Origin: Gammaproteobacteria bacterium
Lineage (GTDB): Bacteria > Pseudomonadota > Gammaproteobacteria > Eutrophobiales > Eutrophobiaceae
NCBI GenBank assembly: GCA_965222155.1
Contig: CBDCTH010000012.1
Span: forward strand, 3,424,001-3,488,000
DNA length: 64,000 bases
Direction: 5' to 3'
Shown in pieces: positions 21,753 through 32,003 of the stretch. Each line of letters starts with the position of its first letter. Position 1 is the stretch's first letter. The translations under genes were made by a program, and so were the position numbers. The notes below the pieces were generated by a model. That model was not told the DNA's origin. It worked only from the letters and a program-made list of their open reading frames with translations, and made no database searches.

Positions 21753-23292
21753 TCATGATGCGGGCGGGATGAGCCTCAGCGCACGTACGCTCAGTGGGCT
21801 TGGCTGGTCTTATCTGGCTACCTCCATCAAGGCTTTGCTGTCATTACTGGTATTGGTTATCCTCGCCCGGCTGCTCGCACCGGTTGAATTTGGTCTGCTC
21901 GGCATTGCCTGGATTTTTATCATGCTGGGAGCCAGGTTCGGCCAAGCATTTATCGGACCGGCCGTAGTCCAGCGGAGCGAGTTGACCGACCGTCATATTC
22001 AAGTCGGTTTTACCCTATCAGTGATAATCGGTATCGCCTTGGCGGGGATTATCCTGTTGCTTACGCCGATTATCGGTGAATTCTTTAATGAATCGACGGC
22101 AGCGCGGGTTCTCCAAGCGTTATCAATAATATTCCTCATCAATGGCATTGGAAACGTACCCACCAACCTGCTGCGACGGGCTCTCCGTTTCAGAGAATTG
22201 ATGGTTGCCGACGTACTGGCCTATTCCGTCGGCTACGGGCTTACGGCAATAGCCCTCGCTCTCCAGGGCTATGGCGTATGGTCTCTTGTCTGGGGCGAGA
22301 TCATGCACAGGGTCATCCATACGATAATGGTAGTCCGCTATACACATATGCATCTTTATCCCCGCTGGGCACTTAGCGAGGCGACAGATCTCCTGTCCCG
22401 CGGGGCCGGCTTTTCGCTGGCCCGGTTTTTCGAGTTCATTGCCCGGCAAGGCGGCTACTTTGTTATAGGGCGCTGGCTGGGCGCCGCGTCACTGGGTTTT
22501 TACTCGCGGGCGGACAAGCTCATCCTGTTGCCGAGGAACTACGTCAGCCAGAGTTTGTTTCATGTACTGTTCCCGGTCATGGCACAGCGCCAGCAGAGGA
22601 CGGAGCGGCTTGCAGGCATTTACCTGCATGGTTCCGAGATATTATCACTGGTGGCATTACCGGTAAGTGCCTTGTTGTTTGTGGGGGCTCCGGAGATTGT
22701 ATCGGTGATCCTGGGAGGGCAGTGGGACCCGGTTGTCGATCTTCTCCGGATTCTTGCATTTGCTGTCCTGTTCCAGATGTGCGACATCCTGAATATCGCC
22801 GCCATCGGCGCGTTAGGCGCGGTTTATCGCCAGGCCTGGCGGCAAGGGTTACACGCTTTTCTTGTTGTCGGCGGCGCCTGGTTTGCAAGCCGGTGGGGTC
22901 TGGAAGGCGTAGTTATCGTTATTGTCGGCGCTCAGGTTATCGCTTATTTGTTGTTGACGCAGTTGACGGTTTCACTTCTGAATATGCGGTGGCGCCATTT
23001 AATCCGCAGTTGCCTGCCGGCATTATGGGTCGGTTTCTGGGCTGGCGCGGCACTGTGGCTGGCGGCAGGACTAGCGCGGGCCATGGCCTTGCCGGCGCTA
23101 CCGGCGCTGATTGTCGAGGTCCTTATCTGGTTCACGGCGGCGACCGCGGCGCTATACTTTGCCCCGTCTTGTGTACGGCCTTTCTCCCTGCACTGGACAC
23201 TGGGCAACGTTCCCTTTGAGGTACTGGGAACGCCGGGAAGTTACCTGAGAACAGGACTTGGATGGTTGTCACGGGAACGGGAGGATTGTTGA
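21745..23292 (+). CDS. Wzx-type polysaccharide flippase, copy 1
   Basis: LARLL.P.EFG, G.GVWSLV, LG...LGFY.RA; multiple TM helices. Confidence 0.88.
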   Translation: MNNHDAGGMSLSARTLSGLGWSYLATSIKALLSLLVLVILARLLAPVEFGLLGIAWIFIMLGARFGQAFIGPAVVQRSELTDRHIQVGFTLSVIIGIALAGIILLLTPIIGEFFNESTAARVLQALSIIFLINGIGNVPTNLLRRALRFRELMVADVLAYSVGYGLTAIALALQGYGVWSLVWGEIMHRVIHTIMVVRYTHMHLYPRWALSEATDLLSRGAGFSLARFFEFIARQGGYFVIGRWLGAASLGFYSRADKLILLPRNYVSQSLFHVLFPVMAQRQQRTERLAGIYLHGSEILSLVALPVSALLFVGAPEIVSVILGGQWDPVVDLLRILAFAVLFQMCDILNIAAIGALGAVYRQAWRQGLHAFLVVGGAWFASRWGLEGVVIVIVGAQVIAYLLLTQLTVSLLNMRWRHLIRSCLPALWVGFWAGAALWLAAGLARAMALPALPALIVEVLIWFTAATAALYFAPSCVRPFSLHWTLGNVPFEVLGTPGSYLRTGLGWLSREREDC

Positions 23293-23377
23293 CATCAGTG
23301 CTGGAACAGTCATACTTTGCAGGTCATTACACGATAATCGTGGAGAGTCCCCGCACCTGATATCTGGTTAAAAAAGC

Positions 23378-24025
23378 GTGAAAGAAAGCACTGATGTATG
23401 TGACGGATACAAGCGCGTCTTCGATCTGGCGATAATAATTATCGCTTATATATTGTTTTTTCCGGTATGGCTGATTATTTGGTCCATAGTGCCCGTTGCC
23501 ATCTGGCTGGAAGACCGGGGCCCGGTTTTCTATGCGCAGGAACGGGTTGGCCGACGCGGTAAGCATTTCAATGTCTTCAAGTTTCGTACCATGATCCAGA
23601 ACGCCGAAAGTCTGACGGGACAGGTCTGGGCAACGGAAGATGATCCCCGGCTGACCCGGGTCGGGAAGATATTGCGCAGGTTTCATCTTGACGAGATACC
23701 GCAAGTAATCAATATCGTGAGGGGTGAGATGAGCCTGGTGGGGCCGCGCCCCGAGCGCCCGGTCCTGGCACAACAGTTCAACCGCGAAGTGCCCGGATTC
23801 TCCCAGCGCCTGAGGGTCAGGCCGGGTATTGCGGGGCTGGCCCAGGTGCGCGGCAGCTACTGGACAGATCCGGGTTACAAACTGAAATATGACAACCTGT
23901 ACATCGAAACAATGAGTCCCTGGTTGGATTTAAAGCTGCTTTTTCTCGCCGTCTGGGTCGCCATCAAGCGTGTCTTTTGTGGTCCGGACGCTTCCGTTGC
24001 AGATAACGGCGCTGAAAAGGATTAA
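23378..24025 (+). CDS. Polyprenyl-phosphate sugar phosphotransferase, copy 1
   Basis: KRVFD, KFRTM, DPRLT.VG, LDEIPQ, GEMSLVGPRPE. Confidence 0.92.
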   Translation: MKESTDVCDGYKRVFDLAIIIIAYILFFPVWLIIWSIVPVAIWLEDRGPVFYAQERVGRRGKHFNVFKFRTMIQNAESLTGQVWATEDDPRLTRVGKILRRFHLDEIPQVINIVRGEMSLVGPRPERPVLAQQFNREVPGFSQRLRVRPGIAGLAQVRGSYWTDPGYKLKYDNLYIETMSPWLDLKLLFLAVWVAIKRVFCGPDASVADNGAEKD

Positions 24026-24846
24026 ACCTGATGACGCGACGAAACAGGTAGGCAACCATTTGGAAACCGGGCATAAGAAGGCACAGCAGGTCACCGTTTC
24101 AATTATTATCCTGACCTGGAATTCCGAGCAGCAGGTCGGTGCCTGTTTAACCTCACTGGATCAGGGGTTGAATTCGTTTTCGTCCGAAGTCATTGTGATT
24201 GACAACGGTTCACAGGATCGGACCTGCAGCATCGTCAGGGAAACCCGGCCTGGGGCGCAGTTGCTATGCAATCCGAAAAATCGTGGCGTTGCCCCGGCTC
24301 GCAACCAGGGAATACGACTTGCCCAGGGCGAATATGTACTTATCCTGGATGACGACACGATCGTGCAGCCCGGAGCATTGGACCGTCTTATCCGTTACAT
24401 GGAGGATCAGCCCGAGGCAGGACTATGCGGACCCAAACTGACTGACGCTGCCGGCGAGCTACAGTTATCGTGCCGGCTGTTTCCGACCCTGATTGATAAA
24501 CTGGCCCGGCGCTTGCCAGGCGATTCGCCACAGCGCTTTACGGGAGGTGGGCCTGTTTGACGAGCGTATTTTTTATGGCCCGGAGGACATCGATATGTGT
24601 CTGCGCCTGCAACTGGCTGGCTGGTCGGTAGTGTATAACCCTGAAGCTGTGGTTATGCACGAGGAACGCAGGATGACCCGCTCCCTGGGATCCGGCCTGG
24701 TGTGGAAACACGTTTGCGCTCTGGGCTATTATTTCTGGAAGCATGGCTATTTGCTGTCGTGTCAACGGTTGTATTCGCAGCTCACACACCCAGGGCAGCC
24801 TTTCAGTCAAGGACAGAAATCCAGTCAATCATCGACCCAGGAATGA
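23970..24846 (+). pseudogene. GT2 glycosyltransferase, copy 1, frameshifted by a 95-bp deletion
   Basis: Near-identical to 30989-31915 but lacks the segment between two CGGCGCTTGCC repeats; true start probably downstream of 23970. Confidence 0.88.
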
Positions 24847-25535
24847 TCAGCTTCGTAACCCAGATCTATCAGTGCCTGTCCGGCATAATGGTCAAATACT
24901 TCCCTTGCCTCCCGCGTGAAGTGGTTCTTCCAGTCCCCGACGATACCTTTGCGAACAAAGCAGTACGCATTTTCATTACCCGGTTTACGACCTGTGACGT
25001 TCTCAAAAGAGAATTTTGAAATACACGCGCCAAGCTTCGCATCATCAACACTGTATACCGACAGATACTCGAGGATTTTTTTCAATTCTCGTCCAGGATT
25101 CTCCCGCATGGATTCATAACTGGTTTCCACGTAATTAGTCCGATTTTTCCAGGTTTTTATGAAACTGGTCCAGGTCATATTGAATGGTGGCCCCTCTGTG
25201 AAGCAATAATCGATGTACCTCGGTAAGTATTGTTGTATATCCTGGGCATCTTTAATCCCAAGTCGTTCCTGCTGCGATTCCGCCCAGCCCGGCATAACCG
25301 TACGTCTGTGAAACAAGTGATAGTAATAGTGGGACACAACCACATCTCTTCCATCGCGCCACATGACAATAGTATCGTTTGAATCGGCGACGTCCAGGTA
25401 GTGCCCATGCAGGATACAACGGCTGCGCGGCGGCAACGATCGCGCGTATTTGGCATGTCCAGGTACTCGGCAATCATTTGGCACACCCAGGTTCCGCCGG
25501 ATTTTGGATATTCCGTCAGCACAACCATATTGCAT
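24825..25535 (-). pseudogene. Sulfotransferase, frameshifted
   Basis: YPKSGGTW PAPS motif in one frame; RDGRDVVVS, YESM and FVRKG.VGDWKNHF in another. Confidence 0.82.
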
Positions 25536-25617
25536 TTAGCTTATTCCTCCTTAAACTGTACACATACTCGTTGCCAGTTGTTGATTGTTCCAGCTTTAAT
25601 ATCCATCCATAACAGAA

Positions 25618-26079
25618 TTGAACCAAACTAATCCAGTAGATTTTCTCGTAGTCGGCGCCGCAAAATCAGGTACAACGACATTGTTCGAGACTCTGGGCAA
25701 ACACCCTGGGATATATATTCCCCAGCGCAAGGAGTGCCGTTATTTTTCTTGCACGCTTGGCGAATTTGCTGAGCCCGGGCCGCAATATGCAAACAATGTA
25801 ATTCGAACTCTGGAAGAATATCGGGCTTTATTTAAAAAGGCAAAACCAACTCAGGTTTGTGGAGATATCTCATCGGATTATCTCTATTATTATCGAAATG
25901 CCGTTCCCAAAATTCTTGAAGAAAAGAATGCGCAGACCCCGATTGTCATTGTTCTGCGTAATCCTATTGACCGGGCTTATTCGAGTTATCTCTATCATGT
26001 TCGCGATGGGCGGGAGAAGTTGAGTTTTGAAGATACCTTGGATGCGGAAGAAGAACGTCGTACCGCAAATTGGGCCTAG
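25618..26079 (+). pseudogene. Sulfotransferase, C-terminally truncated
   Basis: DFLVVGAAKSGTT and LRNPIDRAYS; ends early before the IS5 element. Confidence 0.8.
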
Positions 26080-26130
26080 GGCTGCAAATCGACGCCACGT
26101 AGCGGGCTGGGCTTTGCTGCCGGCTATTTA

Positions 26131-27687
26131 GTCGCCCCTGAAAAACCCTGTTTCAGGCCGCCATTGAGGTCGCCGGCAGCCATGACAAACAGCGCGGTGC
26201 GCTCCACAGACGCAGCCAAGCCAGTATAAGTATCCTTTTTTTGAGACAAAAAAACCTGAGCCGCCTCAGGATCAAGCGCAGGTTGTGGCCGGCACAACTC
26301 AACAGGACATTTAATTGGTCGCCGTCTGTCCCGTTCAGGTGATTGCGCCCTAACAGCCCATCGGCTTTCAAATGACCGATCACCGGTTCAATCGCCTGGC
26401 GGCGTTTGAGTGACTGTTTTAACCGCTGTGTCTTAATACCGCGCTTCTGCCCGGAGATGTACACCGTGGACTCGGTTTCATCATGCCCCCGATAGCCCCG
26501 GTCCACAAACGCCTCATCAATACTCGTCCCGGTCAAGCGCCGTACCTGCTCCAATGCTTGTTTCAAGGTGTGCCCGTCATACGGGCTGCCCGGCAAGGCC
26601 ATACCCCCCACCACAAAGTTACTCTTGTTCGTGGTGGCAATGCTCGCCTTCACCCCGAATTCATAACGTTTAGCCACCTTACCCTTACTGATACATTCCA
26701 CCTCCGGGGCATGCAGGCTGTACAGCTTGTGTTTATCCTGTTTCTGCTGCGCCAGCAGTCGCTTGGCTAAGGCCAATTCATCGGCAAAGATACGCTGCTG
26801 TGCCGGATTGCCCGCGGTGTTACGCTCACTGTCACGCACCACCCGGCCCAGAGCCTGCCCCTGTATGGCGTTGAGCAGGGGGAGGTGCGTAACCGCTTCA
26901 CCTCGCGCCGCAGCCGCCGATACTGTTTGGCATGACCGTAGCGGTTCGCCTGCTGCAACGCCCGCGGCCCCTTGCGGGCAGTGCTCTGGCGTAACACCAC
27001 CCCCTGTTTGTGACATAACCGTACCCACCGCACCCGGGACCGATTCAGCAACTTGCTGTCGGTCGGATAACTCACCGCTTATCTCCTGTACCGTGGTGTC
27101 CACCGTCACCCGTTTGAAGTCCGTCGTCTTCACTGCCTTGCTCTGCACCCCCAGCGCCACCGTCACCTGTAAAATCCGCGCACACCCCGACTCCCCAATG
27201 CGTCGGCGAAAGCGCGTCAGACTGCTCGGGTCGACCGGCACCTCGTGCTGAAAGTACACCGCCCCGCAGACGTACTGCCAGTACGGATTCTCCACCCAGC
27301 CCGACACCACCGCCTCATCGGATAACCCATAACAATGCTTCAGATAGTGCAACCCCACCATTAACCGGGTCGGTTTCCCCGGACAACCGTTATCCGGGCA
27401 GTACAGCGCACCCGAACTGCCTTATCAAACACCGACTAGTCCACCCGGTCGGCCAGGCGATATAAGGCATGGCGTTGATTGAGCATAGTGTCCAGGCGTT
27501 CGCGGAACAGGTCGGTTGAGGTGCGGGTTGCGGCGTCAGGTTGTCTGGGGGTCATTTTTTCCTCCGAAATTGCAAGAAAATGAAGGTCCATGATACCAAA
27601 ACCGGCACTATCAGTCCAGGAATAAATGCAGGTTACATAATTATAATCAATAGGTTAGAATAGCTTTTGGGGTTATTCAGGGACGAC
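26131..27687 (-). mobile_element. IS5-family insertion sequence with degenerate transposase
   Basis: Ends GTCGCCCCTGAAAAACCC / GGGTTATTCAGGGACGAC flanked by TATTTA direct repeats; DTTVQE, YSLHAPEVECI.KGK, YEFG.K, DRGYRG, IEPVIGHLK; stop and frameshifts. Confidence 0.9.
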
Positions 27688-27872
27688 TATTTACATGATA
27701 CATCGGGTTGTGCAATTTTCAGATTCTCAGCCAGGGCTGGCTGATTTCGGCCCCTGGCTTTTTTTCCCTCAGCGAGCGACATCTTCGCGACGATGTCCGC
27801 GGCTTTAGCCTTCGCAGCAGCCCGCACCTCCGGCTTAATGTTTTCTCTATGTTCATTCAGTGGCTTGGCCAT
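27688..27872 (-). pseudogene. XRE/HTH antitoxin truncated at the IS5 end
   Basis: SLAE..KARG.NQ..LAE.L.IAQP.VS; follows the RelE-like toxin. Confidence 0.7.
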
Positions 27873-27885
27873 GATGTCCCTCCGC

Positions 27886-28245
27886 CTATTTGAACCCTTC
27901 ATTATCCAGGTGATTTAAAAATTCATTCTCCGCCAACGGGATCATCCGATCATAAAATCGCTTATCCTTTTTACCGTCTTTACGTCCACCGCATAGCAAG
28001 ACAGCACGTCGTTTTGGATCAAAGGCATAAAAGACGCGGTAGGGTTTCCCGGCATGCTGAATTATCAACTCTTTCAGGTTCTTGACCGTACGTGTACCTT
28101 TCAAGGTATCCGCATAAGGTCGTGCCAGCCAGGGACCTGTCATCTCCAATACTTCAACCATTGCCAGTACGTCTTCCTGTTCCCCGTCCGTTAAAGCCAG
28201 AAACCACTTTTCATACTCCTCAGTGACCAGAATTTTCCATGTCAT
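27886..28245 (-). CDS. RelE/gp49-like (HigB-type) toxin
   Basis: GP.LARPYADTLKG, LKEL, YRVFYAFDP.R.AVLL.GG.K. Confidence 0.88.
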   Translation of the reverse strand: MTWKILVTEEYEKWFLALTDGEQEDVLAMVEVLEMTGPWLARPYADTLKGTRTVKNLKELIIQHAGKPYRVFYAFDPKRRAVLLCGGRKDGKKDKRFYDRMIPLAENEFLNHLDNEGFK

Positions 28246-28761
28246 ATTGCATGCTCCCTACTCCATGGATAGAGCATACATTTAACATATATATTGTCAA
28301 ATTATTGTCAGGGAATTGTCAGGCACTGTAGATAGCGCACGGGGCGAGATCATACTTTTGTCGTAAACAATAGGGTTTGAAGCCAGGAGCGGAGTACCTT
28401 GCCTTGCGTTGAATCTCGACGTTCTACCAATAGCACACCCGTTTCAAGTTCCAAAATTGTAATAACCGACAAGAAAAGACTCGTGGTTGAAACTTCATTG
28501 GACAAACCACGTTTTTTCTATCAAGCCAAAAGGCTCAATAATGAAAACGGTATCATGTATCTGGATACAAATGAGGATAAACTAACCATACACAATGCTT
28601 TACCAGACAGGTGGTTTAAGCTATTAAACTGAACTATCATCCGGAAACAGATTCACTTGCAGTGGCAGAACTGACGTCGGAGTTTTCCCGGCAAGGTATA
28701 TGCTGTGAGGTCGTAACGATTCGTCGTTGTTATACGCCAACATAGAGCAAAGCAGATCAGC

Positions 28762-30297
28762 ATGAATAGTAATGATGCGCGTGAGACCAGCCTGAGCGCG
28801 CGCACGCTGAGCGGGATTGGATGGTCTTATCTGTCTACTTTCATCAAGGCATTGTTGTCGTTGCTGGTCCTGGTGATCCTGGCCCGGTTGTTAACGCCGA
28901 TTGACTTTGGGTTACTTGGTATTGCCTGGATTTTTATTATGTTGGGGGCTAGGTTCGGTCAGGCAGTCGTCGGTCCCGCAATAGTTCAACGGAGCGAGTT
29001 GACCGATCGTCATATTCAGGTCGGTTTTACGCTCTCAATGCTTATCGGCATTGTCATAATGGGTATAATCTGGTTGCTTGCGCCGCTTATCGGTGAGTTC
29101 TTCAAGGAAGCAATGGCAGCGCAGGTCCTCCAGGTGTTATCAGTGGTATTTGTTATTAATGGAGTGGGGGCTATACCTACTCACCTGCTGCGCCGTAATC
29201 TCCAATTTAGGCAATTGATGGTGGCTGACATCCTGGCGTATTCGATTGGCTACGGATTTATAGCAGTAGTTCTGGCTTTTCAGGGATTTGGTGTATGGTC
29301 CCTGGTCTGGGGCGAGATCATGCACAAGGTGATCCATACAGCCGTGGTAATCCGTTATTCTCCAGAGCATCTCCGGCCCCGCTGGGCGATTCGTGAGGCA
29401 ACTGAGCTGCTCTCGCGTGGGGCCGGGTTTTCGTTAGCCGGGTTTTTTGAGTTCGTCGCCCGGCAAGGCGGTTACTTCGTCATCGGGCGGTGGCTGGGTG
29501 CTACCTCTCTCGGTTATTACACTCGGGCTGACCGACTAATTCTTCTGCCGAGAAACTACGTCAGTCAGAGTTTATTCCAGGTCCTGTTTCCAGCCATGGC
29601 ACAGAGACAGCAGGGAACAGATCGTCTGGCAATCATTTACCTGCACGGCACCGAGATATTGTCATTGGTGGCATTGCCGGTTGGCGCCATGCTGTTTGTA
29701 TGTGCCCCCGAGATTGTCTCGGTCATTCTGGGAGGACAGTGGGGTCCGGTTGTTATTCTGCTCCAGATTCTTGCATTTGCTGTTCTGTTCCAAATGTGTG
29801 ACATCCTGAATATTGCAGCAGCAGGCGCAATCGGTGCAGTCTATCGTCAGGCCTGGCGACAAGGGGTACACGCTTTTCTTATTGTCGGCAGCGCCTGGTT
29901 CGCAAGTCGTTGGGGTCTGGAAGGCGTAGTGATTGCTATTGTCGGCGCCCAGGTTGTCGCTTATCTACTGTTGACACAATTGACAGTGTCGCTTTTAAAA
30001 CTGCACTGGCGGCGTCTCCTGCGTTGCTGTCTGCCGGCGTTATGGGTCGGCGCCTGGGTTGTCATGACGCTGTGGCTGGCCGCCGGCCAGGTACGGGCTA
30101 TGCACCTGTCTGCCGGGCTATCGCTGTTAATCGAGGTACTCATCTGGTCCGCGACAATTATAGCGGCGGTATATTACGCTCCATCATTCGCTCGTCCCTT
30201 GTCCGTTCCCTGGGCAATGACGAATATACCCTTTGAGGTTTTGGGAACCACCGGACATTACTTTAAAAAGGGACTGAAATGGCTGTCACGAGATTAA
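28762..30297 (+). CDS. Wzx-type polysaccharide flippase, copy 2
   Basis: Paralogue of 21745-23292 along its whole length. Confidence 0.88.
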   Translation: MNSNDARETSLSARTLSGIGWSYLSTFIKALLSLLVLVILARLLTPIDFGLLGIAWIFIMLGARFGQAVVGPAIVQRSELTDRHIQVGFTLSMLIGIVIMGIIWLLAPLIGEFFKEAMAAQVLQVLSVVFVINGVGAIPTHLLRRNLQFRQLMVADILAYSIGYGFIAVVLAFQGFGVWSLVWGEIMHKVIHTAVVIRYSPEHLRPRWAIREATELLSRGAGFSLAGFFEFVARQGGYFVIGRWLGATSLGYYTRADRLILLPRNYVSQSLFQVLFPAMAQRQQGTDRLAIIYLHGTEILSLVALPVGAMLFVCAPEIVSVILGGQWGPVVILLQILAFAVLFQMCDILNIAAAGAIGAVYRQAWRQGVHAFLIVGSAWFASRWGLEGVVIAIVGAQVVAYLLLTQLTVSLLKLHWRRLLRCCLPALWVGAWVVMTLWLAAGQVRAMHLSAGLSLLIEVLIWSATIIAAVYYAPSFARPLSVPWAMTNIPFEVLGTTGHYFKKGLKWLSRD

Positions 30298-30396
30298 CCC
30301 GATTATTGACATCAATGCCGGAACAGTCATACTTTGTATCTCATTACGTGGTGGTCGTGGAAAGTCTTGATACCTGAATCATCTGGTCAAAAAAGC

Positions 30397-31044
30397 ATGA
30401 ACGAAAGCATTGTCGTGCGTGACGGATATAAACGCGTCTTCGACCTGGCGCTTATTATTATCGCCTATATCCTGCTGTTTCCCCTGTGGCTGATCGTTTG
30501 GGTTGTGGTGCCCCTTGCCATCTGGCTGGAGGATCGCGGGCCGGTTTTCTATGCGCAAGAACGGATCGGCAGGCAGGGAAAGCATTTCAAAGTCCTCAAG
30601 TTTCGCACGATGATACCGGATGCCGAGAGTCAGACCGGGCAGGTTTGGGCGGCGGAAGACGACCCGCGCTTAACAAAAGTCGGAAAGTTGTTACGCAGGT
30701 TGCATTTTGACGAGATACCGCAGGTCATAAATATCGTGAGGGGTGAGATGAGTCTGGTGGGGCCGCGCCCCGAGCGCCCGGTCCTGGCACAACAGTTCAA
30801 CCACGAAGTGCCCGGATTCTCCCAGCGCCTGAGGGTCAGGCCGGGTATTGCGGGGCTGGCCCAGGTGCGCGGCAGCTACTGGACAGATCCGGGTTACAAA
30901 CTGAAATATGACAACCTGTACATCGAAACAATGAGTCCCTGGTTGGATTTAAAGCTGCTTTTTCTCGCCGTCTGGGTCGCCATCAAGCGTGTCTTTTGTG
31001 GTCCAGACGCTTCCGTTGCAGATAACGGCGCTGAAAAGGATTAA
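30397..31044 (+). CDS. Polyprenyl-phosphate sugar phosphotransferase, copy 2
   Basis: Same motifs as 23378-24025; 3' half nearly identical in DNA. Confidence 0.92.
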   Translation: MNESIVVRDGYKRVFDLALIIIAYILLFPLWLIVWVVVPLAIWLEDRGPVFYAQERIGRQGKHFKVLKFRTMIPDAESQTGQVWAAEDDPRLTKVGKLLRRLHFDEIPQVINIVRGEMSLVGPRPERPVLAQQFNHEVPGFSQRLRVRPGIAGLAQVRGSYWTDPGYKLKYDNLYIETMSPWLDLKLLFLAVWVAIKRVFCGPDASVADNGAEKD

Positions 31045-31915
31045 ACCTGATGACGCGACGAAACAGATAGGCAACCATTTGGAAACCGGGCATAAGAAGG
31101 CACAGCAGGTCACCGTTTCAATTATTATCCTGACCTGGAATTCCGAGCAGCAGATCGGTGCCTGTTTAACCTCACTGGATCAGGGGTTGAATTCGTTTTC
31201 GTCCGAAGTCATTGTGATTGACAACGGTTCACAGGATCGGACCTGCAGCATCGTCAGGGAAACCCGGCCTGGGGCGCAGTTGGTATGCAATCCGAAAAAT
31301 CGTGGCGTTGCCCAGGCTCGCAATCAGGGAATACGACTTGCCCAGGGCGAATATGTACTTATCCTGGATGACGACACGATCGTGCAGCCCGGAGCATTGG
31401 ACCGTCTTATCCGTTACATGGAGGATCAGCCCGAGGCAGGACTATGCGGGCCCAAACTGACTGACGCTGCCGGCGAGTTGCAGTTATCGTGCCGGCTGTT
31501 TCCGACCCTGACTGATAAACTGGCCCGGCGCTTGCCTTCAACACTGGGTCAAAAAGTGGCCCGTAAAGCGGAAATGGCGGACTGGGACCACCAGACTATT
31601 CGGCCGGTAGATTATGTGATCGGCGCTTGCCAGGCGATTCGCCACAGTGCTTTACAGGAGGTGGGCCTGTTTGACGAACGTATTTTTTATGGCCCGGAGG
31701 ACGTCGATATGTGCCTGCGCCTGCAACTGGCGGGCTGGTCGGTGGTGTATAACCCTGAAGCTGTGGTTATGCACGAGGAACGCAGGATGACCCGCTCCCT
31801 GGGATCCGGCCTGGTGTGGGAACACGTTTGCGGGCTGGGCTATTTTTTCTGGAAGCATGGGTACCTATTGTCCCGTCAACGTCTATACTCGCAGCTTAAT
31901 CAATCCAGGTCTTGA
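30989..31915 (+). CDS. GT2 glycosyltransferase, intact copy
   Basis: SIIILTWN, IDNGSQD, ILDDD, FDE..FYGPED.D; true start probably a little downstream. Confidence 0.9.
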   Translation: MSFVVQTLPLQITALKRIKPDDATKQIGNHLETGHKKAQQVTVSIIILTWNSEQQIGACLTSLDQGLNSFSSEVIVIDNGSQDRTCSIVRETRPGAQLVCNPKNRGVAQARNQGIRLAQGEYVLILDDDTIVQPGALDRLIRYMEDQPEAGLCGPKLTDAAGELQLSCRLFPTLTDKLARRLPSTLGQKVARKAEMADWDHQTIRPVDYVIGACQAIRHSALQEVGLFDERIFYGPEDVDMCLRLQLAGWSVVYNPEAVVMHEERRMTRSLGSGLVWEHVCGLGYFFWKHGYLLSRQRLYSQLNQSRS

Positions 31916-32003
31916 AACTGAAGGCTACGATTTGAATCTGCTTATTGTTATGTTGAACCAATACATATTGTTTTGTCCTGTCTGAAATACAACACCCGTA
32001 TAT

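Noticed and set aside
28399-28632. 77-aa ORF, perhaps a gene tail
   Set aside because: No recognisable motif or convincing start
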